Source of the DNA: an uncultured Eubacteriales bacterium | GTDB taxonomy: Bacteria; Bacillota; Clostridia; Oscillospirales; CAG-272 | NCBI GenBank assembly: GCA_958352145.1 | Contig: CATWNM010000005.1 | Location: forward strand, 11,434 to 75,433 | DNA: 64,000 bases | Direction: 5' to 3' | In this document: positions 28,226 to 36,909 of the stretch, in pieces | Layout: the number at the start of each line of letters is the position of its first letter | How positions within the stretch are numbered: the first letter of the stretch is position 1 | The notes under the pieces: model-generated | The model's input: the letters and a program-made list of their open reading frames with translations, nothing else | Told to the model about the DNA's origin: nothing | The model's database searches: none | Made by a program: the position numbers and the translations under genes

Positions 28226-28373
28226 GAGAAAGGGGTGCAGAAAATGAAAGATTGGTTTGAGCCGTATGAGATGCGGCTCTATTTCAGATTTAAATTCAAC
28301 AAAGTCTAACCAGTACAAACGTATCTTTGGCGGACAATTTTAGCCTGTTGACATTTTTAGGAGGTCATTTAAA

Positions 28374-28556
28374 ATGCATAAATTCATAAAGACGATAGCC
28401 GCGCTGCTGTCTTTAATAACGCTTGCGTCCGTTTTGCCGTTTTATATTTTTGCCGCTTCGAATAGTACGGTCGTTTTGCATCCGTCTATCGCGACGCCTA
28501 CGGGCGTTTTAGTAGAAGTGGGCGGCAAGATCAATGGATATACGATTACAAAATAA
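28374..28556 (+). CDS. N-terminal fragment (signal peptide region) of the SLH surface protein, separated from the body by a frameshift
   Basis: AGGAGG lies 8 nt upstream of the ATG. Signal peptide MHKFIKTIAALLSLITLASVLPFYIFA. Stop at 28554-28556, immediately after an A4 run. Confidence 0.65.
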   Translation: MHKFIKTIAALLSLITLASVLPFYIFAASNSTVVLHPSIATPTGVLVEVGGKINGYTITK

Positions 28557-28579
28557 GCGGCTATGACATTACGGTCGAT

Positions 28580-30910
28580 TTGGGAAAGTATAATGTCAAT
28601 AACAATTCCTTTCGATTGCCCTATGCAAACACTTTGTGGAGCGGCGTCGGCAGCGTAGAGTATATCAGTTGGGCGGGAAGCGGTTCGAATAAAAGAAGCG
28701 AGGGCGCGTCCGCGCTTTTGGCAAATGGAAAAAACACCGCGTATTATTATTTTAAAGCGGATCCTACGTATACATATACTTTGAATTATAATGCGAACGG
28801 CGGCAGCGGCGCTCCGGCTGATCAATCTGTAAGTACTGCGGACAGCAGCGGTGTATTTACCATCAGCAGCGAGAAGCCGTCAAGACAGGACTATGCGTTT
28901 TTGGGCTGGAGCACCGATAAAAATGCAGATTTGCCGGAGTATGTGTCCGGCGAGGCTATCCGTATTGGCCATGATCTCACAATTTATGCTGTTTGGCAGA
29001 AAATAACGCCTGAAACAAAGACAATTACCTTGACTTACCATGATAATTTCGGTGACAGCGATCACACGGCTACCGAAAGTAAAATAAGTACGCTGAACGA
29101 ATCAAAATGGTCTCCTGTTATTTTTTCTTTGATGGATTATACGGAGATCGACAGTTTTTCCATACCAAGAGACCGGCGCTTTATCGGCTGGAGTGAAACG
29201 AGAGATGGCGTAATTATCAGCGATTCGCTTTATGCTGTTTCAGAAGATTCGGATGTATACGCCATTTGGGAGGATGTGGAAACTTACACCGTGACGTATA
29301 CGGACGGCACAGGCGGGGAAGAGGTTTTTGCGGATCAGATCACGAGGGAACTGCTTGCAGGCGATGAAACGCCCAAATTTGACGGAACACCGGTACGAAA
29401 AGGATATGTGTTTGCCGGATGGACGCCCGAAGTTGCCGAAAAGGTGACCGGCACGGCGGTGTATACCGCACAGTGGAAAGAAGACCGAAACGGGAACGGT
29501 CAAGCGGACGATGAGGAAGAAACTTACACCGTGACGTATACGGACGGCACAGGCGGGGAAGAGGTTTTTGCGGATCAGATCGCGAAAGGGCTGCTTGCAG
29601 GAGATGAAACACCCAAATTTGCTGGAACACCAAACCGCGACGGGTATGAATTCAAGGGATGGACGCCGGCGATAGCGGAAACGGTAACAGAGGACGCAAC
29701 GTATACGGCGGTTTGGGAAGCCGAAGAGAAAGAATACCGGAAAAAGATCGTATTTAAAGTAGTAAACGGAACATGGGACGGTTATGACAGCGCGGACAAG
29801 GTGCTCTGGCTGACTTTAAAGGATGGAGACGGGAATAACAGTGAGGACGGTACGGCGGCAGCGGAGATTCCGACCGGAATGCAGGCAAACAGCGGATATA
29901 AAGGCGGCCGCTGGGATCCGGCGCCGGAAAATCCGATTTCAGCGTCGTCGCCTGAAGAATACACGTATAGTTTCAGCAAAAAAACAGGCGGCGGCAGCAG
30001 CACGCTGAAATATACGCTTACGTTTGAAACAAACGGCGGATCAAAAATCAGCAGTATAACGAAATCAAAAAACGCGGTTGTAGAATTGGATGCATATGAA
30101 CCGGTCAAAGCGGAGAACGTGTTTGAGGGCTGGTATGCGGATAAAGCGCTGACAGAAGCCGTGACAAGCGTGCGGATCACGGGGCATATGACCGTATACG
30201 CCAAGTGGTCCGAAATAAACAAAAGACAACCGTCATTACTGACGGATGCGCATGACGCATATATCGTCGGGCGGCAGGACGGTTTGGTTTATCCGGAGGC
30301 CAATATAACAAGAGCGGAAGTCGCGACGATCTTTTTCCGCCTGCTTACCGATGAGGCGCGGAAAGAGAATTATACAAAAGATAACGCATTTCGCGATGTA
30401 GTTACCGGCGATTGGTATAATACGGCCATTTCGACACTTGCCAAACTAAATATTCTCAAGGGCCGGGGTGAAGACCGGTTTGATCCGGATGCGTATATCA
30501 GCAGAGCGGAGTTTGCGGTAATTGCGGCGCGGTTCAGTGATGCGGCGTATGCGGGTGAAGATATATTTGGCGATATAGCCGGGCACTGGGCAGAGGAAGA
30601 GATTAACAGCGCGGCAGAGTTGGGCTGGGTGATCGGAGACAACGGGCTTTTCCGGCCGAATGATTGTATAACGAGAGCGGAAGCGATGGCGCTTGTCAAC
30701 CGAGTGCTCTGCCGGCAGCCGGAAACGGCGGCGGATATTTTAAGGGAAGATATGGTATGCTGGCCGGATAATTCGGATGAGAATGCCTGGTATTATCTGA
30801 TCGTACAGGAGGCTACCAACAGTCATAGCTATGAGATGAAGTCCGACGGCCGGCATGAAAAGTGGGCGCAGTTGAAATCGCCTAGAAACTGGACTGTGCT
30901 GGAAAAATAA
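28580..30910 (+). CDS. Large cell-surface protein body: Listeria-Bacteroides (Flg_new-type) repeats, 80-aa tandem repeats and three C-terminal SLH domains
   Basis: YTLNYNANGGSGAP...FLGWSTD...IYAVW and YTLTFETNGGSKI...FEGWYADKALT...VYAKW repeats. SLH modules ITRAEVATIFFRLL, ISRAEFAVIAARF and ITRAEAMALVNRVL. The frame is open from 28466 and overlaps the 28374 ORF. Confidence 0.85.
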   Translation: MGKYNVNNNSFRLPYANTLWSGVGSVEYISWAGSGSNKRSEGASALLANGKNTAYYYFKADPTYTYTLNYNANGGSGAPADQSVSTADSSGVFTISSEKPSRQDYAFLGWSTDKNADLPEYVSGEAIRIGHDLTIYAVWQKITPETKTITLTYHDNFGDSDHTATESKISTLNESKWSPVIFSLMDYTEIDSFSIPRDRRFIGWSETRDGVIISDSLYAVSEDSDVYAIWEDVETYTVTYTDGTGGEEVFADQITRELLAGDETPKFDGTPVRKGYVFAGWTPEVAEKVTGTAVYTAQWKEDRNGNGQADDEEETYTVTYTDGTGGEEVFADQIAKGLLAGDETPKFAGTPNRDGYEFKGWTPAIAETVTEDATYTAVWEAEEKEYRKKIVFKVVNGTWDGYDSADKVLWLTLKDGDGNNSEDGTAAAEIPTGMQANSGYKGGRWDPAPENPISASSPEEYTYSFSKKTGGGSSTLKYTLTFETNGGSKISSITKSKNAVVELDAYEPVKAENVFEGWYADKALTEAVTSVRITGHMTVYAKWSEINKRQPSLLTDAHDAYIVGRQDGLVYPEANITRAEVATIFFRLLTDEARKENYTKDNAFRDVVTGDWYNTAISTLAKLNILKGRGEDRFDPDAYISRAEFAVIAARFSDAAYAGEDIFGDIAGHWAEEEINSAAELGWVIGDNGLFRPNDCITRAEAMALVNRVLCRQPETAADILREDMVCWPDNSDENAWYYLIVQEATNSHSYEMKSDGRHEKWAQLKSPRNWTVLEK
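29279..29581 (+). repeat. Intragenic direct repeat with a 240-bp period
   Basis: 63 bp at 29279-29341 are identical to 29519-29581. The following roughly 100 bp are similar, encoding ETYTVTYTDGTGGEEVFADQI... Confidence 0.9.
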
Positions 30911-30954
30911 TTATGCGGCAAAGCGCGGAACGTTTGTCCTGATTTTCCTTCGGC

Positions 30955-30995
30955 AAAAAAGCCTCCGATATGCGGCAGCGCCGCATATCGGAGGC
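30955..30995 (-). terminator. Hairpin with its T-run on the minus strand
   Basis: GCCTCCGATATGCGGC / GCCGCATATCGGAGGC, preceded by A6 on the plus strand. Confidence 0.55.
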
Positions 30996-31073
30996 AGAGC
31001 CTGCCGGAAAGCCGTTGTTTGTTCGACGGAAAAGCTTGTGATGCGCCCGCCGCAGGAGCGGTGTCTGTAAGTT

Positions 31074-31124
31074 AAAATATGCACAAAGAGCAGTGCGCGC
31101 CCGCTCTTTGTGCATATTTTTATT
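31074..31124. terminator. Bidirectional terminator between the surface protein gene and the HTH-repeat gene
   Basis: AAAATATGCACAAAGAGC / GCTCTTTGTGCATATTTT with flanking A and T runs. Confidence 0.75.
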
Positions 31125-31186
31125 CTGCGCTCTGTTGCGTATATTTTTCGACAGGTTGTTTCGGCAGGGAGGTGTTGCGCTCCACT

Positions 31187-31891
31187 TTATCTTTCATAAT
31201 AAATATCTCTCTCGCAATGCGCTTCTCCGGTGATTGTTTTGCAGTGCAGATCCCCTGCGCAGTTTACATCTCCTCGAATATTCAAGCAGGTTACATCGCC
31301 GCCTGCGTCAAGGTCGCCTTCAATGTTTCCGCAGTTTACGTCGCCGCTTGTGTCAAGATTGCCCCCAATATTTCCGCAGTTTACGTCGCCGTTGGCGCTG
31401 AGTTTGGATCCGACGTTGCCGCAGTTTACATTGCCGTCGGCGCTGAGATTTCCACCGATGTTTTTGCAGTTTACAGCGTTGCCGGCGCGGATAGTTCCGG
31501 TAATGTCTCCGTTGATATCTGCGCAGCCCCAGATTTCTATCTGCAGCGTAAAACCTTCTGCGGCGTCGGCCGCCAGCGGAATATATTCTTTCGGGGTGCA
31601 ATTATCGCACCGCAAAAGCGTTCTGCCGCGGTATTGCAGCACGCGGAGCACGCCGTCGTCCGGAAGTTCGTCCCAGCCGTCCTTTGCCGACTCACGCCCG
31701 AGCAGAAAATCTACGGATGTATGAAACAAATCCGCGATACCCATGAGTTGCCGCACCTCCGGGTAGCAAAGATTGGTTTCCCATTTGCTGACTGCTTGTA
31801 CCGAGACGCCGCAGTTTTCAGCCAGTTGTTCCTGACTTAGGCCGGCACTTTTCCGTCTTTCGCGTAGTCTGTCGCCGAATGTTGTTGACAT
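31187..31891 (-). CDS. XRE-family HTH protein with a C-terminal Cys-containing 15-residue repeat domain (beta-helix/bactofilin-like, inferred)
   Basis: HTH_3-like LSQEQLAENCGVSVQAVSKWETN. About six repeats of (D/N)VNCGNIGGNLxxxG also give a nucleotide-level periodicity at 31250-31500. Confidence 0.8.
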   Translation of the reverse strand: MSTTFGDRLRERRKSAGLSQEQLAENCGVSVQAVSKWETNLCYPEVRQLMGIADLFHTSVDFLLGRESAKDGWDELPDDGVLRVLQYRGRTLLRCDNCTPKEYIPLAADAAEGFTLQIEIWGCADINGDITGTIRAGNAVNCKNIGGNLSADGNVNCGNVGSKLSANGDVNCGNIGGNLDTSGDVNCGNIEGDLDAGGDVTCLNIRGDVNCAGDLHCKTITGEAHCERDIYYER

Positions 31892-32131
31892 AAATTTCCC
31901 TCCGTGTTTTTTGTGTTCCGATCGGTTATTTACAGTATAGCATGGTTTTTACAGAATAACCAGCAACTTTTTGTAGAATTTTATAATTTTTTTCAACTTT
32001 AGGTTGAATTAATTGCCTCAGTTGATAAATACTTGCCGGTGTGCTATACTTTATACAAACGGTGCTGTAATTTGAGTCATATTGGTTTGATTTGGATCGA
32101 ACTGCGCGCGTTGGATAAGGAGGATTTTATT

Positions 32132-32992
32132 ATGGCAGCAAACAACTGTAAAAACAGAATTGTTCTTGCCGCTTTGACGGTTCTTGTATCCTTTTTCTCA
32201 GCCGGATGCTCGTTTGCCGGACAAAAAGAGCCGCAAGCAACGTTTCCGGAATCCCGTTTATATCAGGAGGGGCTTTATCTTCTGTGTGACAACGGCGCGC
32301 ATCTGATCGTAATCGACGATTCCGGACCGTGCGTGATGAGACCGGGGAATGATTTGGTTGCGTTTGACCATCTGACTGCCGGTGATCGCATTCGCGTAGA
32401 AATGGGCCCGGCCGATGAGTCGTACCCGATGCAGGCGACGGTGTATGGGATTGAAAAACTGAGCGACGGCGAATTTTTCGATATTGATGCGGACACGCTG
32501 GCGTCTCTTGCGGAGATGGGGTGGATCGAAGACTGGAAAAATTTTGATCCGGATGCGTTTGGTGCATATATTCCGAATGAAAGTGCGCAGGTTTTATTCT
32601 ACTATAAAATTCCTACGAGCCGGATTTACCTGTATTTTTGCTTGATACGGCAGCGAACGCCGGAGGGAAACTGCGATATGGAGGCGCCGGCGCGGGATTT
32701 TGCGGTATATTATACGGACGACGGCGGAGTATCCATTGGCAGGCTCTCGCTTAAATTGCCTAACGATCTTGCGTATGACTCCATACGTCCGATCTACGCC
32801 GGGCCGGGTGCGGGCAGCGGGGAATGCGAGTTTATTTTGGAAATGAAAAACGGCGGCGATACGTTTTATGTTTCATTTAATAATTTTTCGTACACGGGCG
32901 AAGCGGACTTTATGGAATTTAACTATGCCGGCGTTATGCCGGAAGAAACAGTAAACGAATACCGGCAATGGAATCCGGATCTGTTTCATTGA
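32132..32992 (+). CDS. Hypothetical lipoprotein
   Basis: AAGGAGG lies upstream of the ATG at 32132. Signal/lipobox VLVSFFSAGC. No recognisable family. Confidence 0.65.
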   Translation: MAANNCKNRIVLAALTVLVSFFSAGCSFAGQKEPQATFPESRLYQEGLYLLCDNGAHLIVIDDSGPCVMRPGNDLVAFDHLTAGDRIRVEMGPADESYPMQATVYGIEKLSDGEFFDIDADTLASLAEMGWIEDWKNFDPDAFGAYIPNESAQVLFYYKIPTSRIYLYFCLIRQRTPEGNCDMEAPARDFAVYYTDDGGVSIGRLSLKLPNDLAYDSIRPIYAGPGAGSGECEFILEMKNGGDTFYVSFNNFSYTGEADFMEFNYAGVMPEETVNEYRQWNPDLFH

Positions 32993-33082
32993 GATAAATA
33001 TTCAGCGGCTGCCAGCACGTTTTCGCGCTGACAGCCGCTTGAGTCTGTCAAAGAACTTATGTATACGCTTTCGGCAGTCTGC

Positions 33083-34597
33083 TTACATCAGCGTCGCTTT
33101 GGAAAGAAAATCCTGTTTTTTGTGGTAGCGGTGCATCGGCATGGGATCGCGCGTATGCGCCATGCGGTCGCAGAGCAGTTCCAGCATGCGGAAACGCACC
33201 TCCGCCATGGACGGGTCGTCGTAGAGATTCTTCGTTTCCGTAGGATCGGTGTTCAGGTCGTACAATTCCCCGTGAACGGCGCCTTCGCAGTAGCGTGCGG
33301 GGAGGGCGTGAATCTTTGTCAGTTTGTACCGGCCGTCAAACACCATGGAACTGTATGTATCCGGTTCGGCGTCCGGCGTATCGGCGTAGATTTCGGAAAA
33401 TACGCTGTCGCGGAAATGGTCGAGGGGGGCTTCTCCGGTAAGCAGTCTCAGCATGGAATATCCCTGCATGCCGGGGCAAGGGGGCAGCCCGCATGCTTCC
33501 AAAAGCGTCGGGGCGATGTCAAGCAGTTCCACCAGCGCCTCGCAGGTGACGCCCTCCAAAAAGCTGTCCGGGCGGGAGATAATCAGCGGAACACGAATGC
33601 CGCTTTCGTAAAAATACGGTCCTTTCAGATACACGCCGTGGTCGCCGAGACTTTCGCCATGGTCAGAATGGAAAATGACGATCGTGTTTTCAAGCTGTCC
33701 CGTCTTGCGTAAAGATTCCAGCATTCGGCCGACCTGCACGTCGATAAAGTCGCACATGGCGTAATAGGCGGCGCGGAGCATTCGGTGATCTCGCTCGGTC
33801 ATTTCATCGTAGACAAAATAATCTTTTTTGCCGTAAGCGCCGTAGTGATTTCGGGTTTGTATAGGCGATTTGCACGTCAGTTCCCCGACGGTGTAGTCGG
33901 GCATTGGCAGTTGATCCAGGATGGGAAGATAGCGCTCAAGGTATTCCGGAGGGGGATCGAAAGAGTGGTGCGGGTCATAGCAGTTGAAAGAAAATAGCCA
34001 CGGGCGGTCAAAATGGCTTGCGCTCTCCATGAACTCGATGGCGCGGTCGGCGCACCACTTCGTGTGGTGGTATTCGGCTGGCATACCTTGGCGGACATAT
34101 TTGCAGTCCGGGCGCGGCGGAGCTTTGTAGGATTTGCCGCAGGCGCTCAGCCAGAGGGAATATCCGTTTGTAGGCCATCGGTAACCGGGCTCATGGCTCC
34201 ATGCGAAATAGTCGTATCCGTCGTTGATGCGGTGTTCCATTACCGGCGTTACGGCCGGATTGCCGATGCCGAGGTGCAGCTTTCCACAAAGACCGCAAGT
34301 ATAGCCCGCATCGTCGCGAAGACGGCGCGGAATCAGATACTCGGCCTCACTGGCGCGCATATCCTGCCCGTTATAGCGCACGCCGCAGGTGTTTGGATAC
34401 CGTCCGGTCAAAAATGAGGCGCGGCTGGGCATACAGACGGGACTTTGCGCGTAGGCGTTGGTAAAACGGATGCCGTGCGTCGCAAGGCTATCGATATTCG
34501 GCGTGCGGACAAAGGGATTCCCGTAGCAGCCGAGCGTTTCGGTGCGCTGCTGGTCCGTGCATATCCACAGAATATTCGGGCGCTTGTTTTGTTCCAT
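33083..34597 (-). CDS. Cys-type sulfatase (arylsulfatase family) with no signal peptide
   Basis: NILWICTDQQR and the formylglycine signature CMPSRASFLTGR. AGGAAG lies upstream of the ATG at 34597. Confidence 0.9.
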   Translation of the reverse strand: MEQNKRPNILWICTDQQRTETLGCYGNPFVRTPNIDSLATHGIRFTNAYAQSPVCMPSRASFLTGRYPNTCGVRYNGQDMRASEAEYLIPRRLRDDAGYTCGLCGKLHLGIGNPAVTPVMEHRINDGYDYFAWSHEPGYRWPTNGYSLWLSACGKSYKAPPRPDCKYVRQGMPAEYHHTKWCADRAIEFMESASHFDRPWLFSFNCYDPHHSFDPPPEYLERYLPILDQLPMPDYTVGELTCKSPIQTRNHYGAYGKKDYFVYDEMTERDHRMLRAAYYAMCDFIDVQVGRMLESLRKTGQLENTIVIFHSDHGESLGDHGVYLKGPYFYESGIRVPLIISRPDSFLEGVTCEALVELLDIAPTLLEACGLPPCPGMQGYSMLRLLTGEAPLDHFRDSVFSEIYADTPDAEPDTYSSMVFDGRYKLTKIHALPARYCEGAVHGELYDLNTDPTETKNLYDDPSMAEVRFRMLELLCDRMAHTRDPMPMHRYHKKQDFLSKATLM

Positions 34598-34799
34598 TGG
34601 AGACTTCCTTTCCAACAATCAAATTTCTGTAATCTATTATAACAGAAATTTTTAGAGATGTTGGATAAAAATTCGAGTATTTTTTCATCTACTTTTTATA
34701 CTTTGCACGATTTAAGATATGTACGCAAATCAAATCAGCGGCTGCAAACGGGTTTTCGGCGTGTACAGCCGCTTTGTTCACTGCAGATTTTTTTGTTGT

Positions 34800-35669
34800 T
34801 TAAAGTTCGTCCGTATACTGGCTTTTATAGCCTTTGCCGAAAATCTCGGTCGCGCTGGAAACGATAATAAACGCGGCGGGATCGGTGTTCTTGACGACAT
34901 CGCGTATTTTGGGGAAAGTGTGCTTCTTGGCCACACACAGCATGACGTCCTTATGTTTCTGTGAGTATGCGCCTTCGCCGGAGAGCAGCGTTATGCCCAC
35001 CTGCATGGAGGAAATGATTTTTTTCGTGATTTCTGTGGATTTGTCGCTGATGATAAAGACAAGCTTCGCGCTGTCGCCGCCGTAGAGGATCCTATCCAAA
35101 AAGAAGCTGGCCGTTACCATCGCGATCGCCGAGTATATGGTCGTTTCGAAATCGCCGAAGACGAAAAATGTAGAGGCGACGACGGCGGAATTGAAAATCA
35201 AAAGCATGCCGCCGGTTCGAATATGGCGGTATTTTTGCCGCAAAAATTTAATGAGGATGTCTGCGCCGCCCGTGCAGCCTCCGGCGCGGAAAACGGTGCC
35301 GAGGCCGAGCGCGTCTAAAAACGCGCCGCAGACCGCAATGACAATCATGTCGTCGGTCAGCGGGAGCACGTGCGCGGCGAGCGGCTCTAAGAGGTTCATG
35401 AGCACGGAGGAGAGTCCGGTAGCATAGATCGTCAGAAAAACAAATTTTTTTCCAAATTTCAGAAGCGCGAGAATGAAGAGTGGAATATTCAGAAGCAGAA
35501 TCAGCGTACCGGTCGGAAGATTGGTCACATGGCTGATGATGATGGCGATGCCGGCCAATCCGCCGGGCGCGATCGACGCTGGATCATAGAAAAAAACGAT
35601 GGACAGGGCATAGACCAGTGCGCCGAGCGTGACGGCCAAAATGCTTTTAAAAATGTCGGTTCGTTTCAT
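34800..35669 (-). CDS. YitT family membrane protein (DUF2179 C-terminal domain)
   Basis: Five or six TM helices followed by the soluble DUF2179-like tail ...ITLLSGEGAYS...PAAFIIVSSATEIFGKGY. The listed 427-aa ORF start lies in the divergent gene and is rejected. Confidence 0.8.
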   Translation of the reverse strand: MKRTDIFKSILAVTLGALVYALSIVFFYDPASIAPGGLAGIAIIISHVTNLPTGTLILLLNIPLFILALLKFGKKFVFLTIYATGLSSVLMNLLEPLAAHVLPLTDDMIVIAVCGAFLDALGLGTVFRAGGCTGGADILIKFLRQKYRHIRTGGMLLIFNSAVVASTFFVFGDFETTIYSAIAMVTASFFLDRILYGGDSAKLVFIISDKSTEITKKIISSMQVGITLLSGEGAYSQKHKDVMLCVAKKHTFPKIRDVVKNTDPAAFIIVSSATEIFGKGYKSQYTDEL

Positions 35670-35799
35670 GTTTGCATCGATCTCCTTAAGACAGTCTATT
35701 TTCTGAGTGTAGTATACCCCAAGTTCTTCATTCGGTAAAGCATTTTTTCGAAAAAGGTTGTAAAAACGGCAGCAACATGCTAAAATCAGCAGGGAGTTG

Positions 35800-36759
35800 A
35801 TGATTTTGTTTTGGACGGTTGTGACTGCGGCGCTTTTTTTGGTTCTTTTTTTGCTGCTTTTGATTTTGCTTCTGGTTAGCCGTGCGCTTTTTCGGATGGG
35901 GATTGAACGAAAAGGGAATTTTAGTTCCGGTTCCGGCAATTTTGCACAACAGCTTGCCGCGCATAAAGAAATGCTTTCGCGTGGGGAGGCTTTGTATGAA
36001 AGCTTAGAAAAAATTCCGGTGGAGATCCGCAGTTTTGACGGACTTTGGCTGCGCGGCCATGCCATTTGTACCGGGGAAAGCAAAAAAACGGTGATTCTCG
36101 TTCATGGGTACCGGTCGTCCGGTATCCGCGACTTTTCCGGGATCATTCCGTTTTACTGGGATGCGGGCTTCAATATTTTGCTGATCGATCAGCGGGCGCA
36201 TGGTGAAAGTGAAGGAGATTACATCACATTCGGCGTGCGGGAGCGGCGGGACGTTCTCAGTTGGGCGCGTTTTGCCGTGGAATTTTTCGGTGCGGATCAT
36301 TCGCTGATTTTGGACGGGATTTCGATGGGGGCTACTTCCGTATTGATGGCCTGCGCGCTCGAACTGCCGGCGCAGGTGCGCGGGATTGTCGCAGACAGCG
36401 GCTTTGTCTCTCCGCATGATATTTTTTCGAGCGTGCTGAAAAACCAATTTCATCTGGGAACATTTCCGCTGTTGAATATGACGGAACGCTTGGCAGCACG
36501 CCGCGCGGGTTTTCGTTTTGGCGAGGCGTCAACGCTTACGGCGATGGCGTCGAACGCCATTCCGGTTTTGTTTGTGCATGGAGGCGCGGATGATTTTGTG
36601 CCGGTGGAAATGACGCTGGCTTCTTATGAAGCTTGTTCCGCGACAAAGGCGCTGGTGATTGTGCCAGGCGCGGCGCACGCATGCGGATATCTGATCGACC
36701 CTGTGCGTTGCGAGACCGCATTGCGGGAATTTTTTGGCCGCATTTTTAAAAATGAATAA
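35800..36759 (+). CDS. Membrane-anchored alpha/beta hydrolase
   Basis: N-terminal TM helix, HG motif (LVHGYRSS), nucleophile elbow GISMGA, C-terminal GAAHA. Confidence 0.8.
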   Translation: MILFWTVVTAALFLVLFLLLLILLLVSRALFRMGIERKGNFSSGSGNFAQQLAAHKEMLSRGEALYESLEKIPVEIRSFDGLWLRGHAICTGESKKTVILVHGYRSSGIRDFSGIIPFYWDAGFNILLIDQRAHGESEGDYITFGVRERRDVLSWARFAVEFFGADHSLILDGISMGATSVLMACALELPAQVRGIVADSGFVSPHDIFSSVLKNQFHLGTFPLLNMTERLAARRAGFRFGEASTLTAMASNAIPVLFVHGGADDFVPVEMTLASYEACSATKALVIVPGAAHACGYLIDPVRCETALREFFGRIFKNE

Positions 36760-36777
36760 GAATTGCCACCTTTGCGG

Positions 36778-36826
36778 AAAATCCTGCAAAAACTGCCCTG
36801 CAGAAGACTTTTTTTGCAGGATTTTT
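36778..36826 (+). terminator. Terminator after the alpha/beta hydrolase gene
   Basis: 15-bp stem AAAATCCTGCAAAAA / TTTTTGCAGGATTTT followed by a T-rich tract. Confidence 0.7.
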
Positions 36827-36827
36827 G

Positions 36828-36855
36828 TTGACTTCCTGCAATATTGTGGTATACT
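36828..36855 (+). promoter_or_regulatory. Sigma-A promoter for the rpiR-like operon
   Basis: TTGACT (36828-36833), 16-bp spacer, TGGTATACT extended -10 (36850-36855). Confidence 0.6.
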
Positions 36856-36909
36856 GATTTGTGGCTGAAGCAACTTACATCATCAACATGAATTGAAAAG
36901 AGATAGAAT

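Noticed and set aside
31079-31840. 253-aa plus-strand ORF with repetitive AVYVAACVK-type sequence.
   Set aside because: It is the antisense reading of the 15-residue repeat region of the XRE-HTH gene. Only the minus-strand frame has a recognisable HTH domain and a proper start.
34800-36083. Full 427-aa version of the YitT ORF, and the 503-aa version of mtaB (5312-6823).
   Set aside because: The N-terminal extensions run through intergenic or divergent-gene sequence, lack family similarity and lack an RBS. Internal ATGs with Shine-Dalgarno sequences give normal-length proteins.
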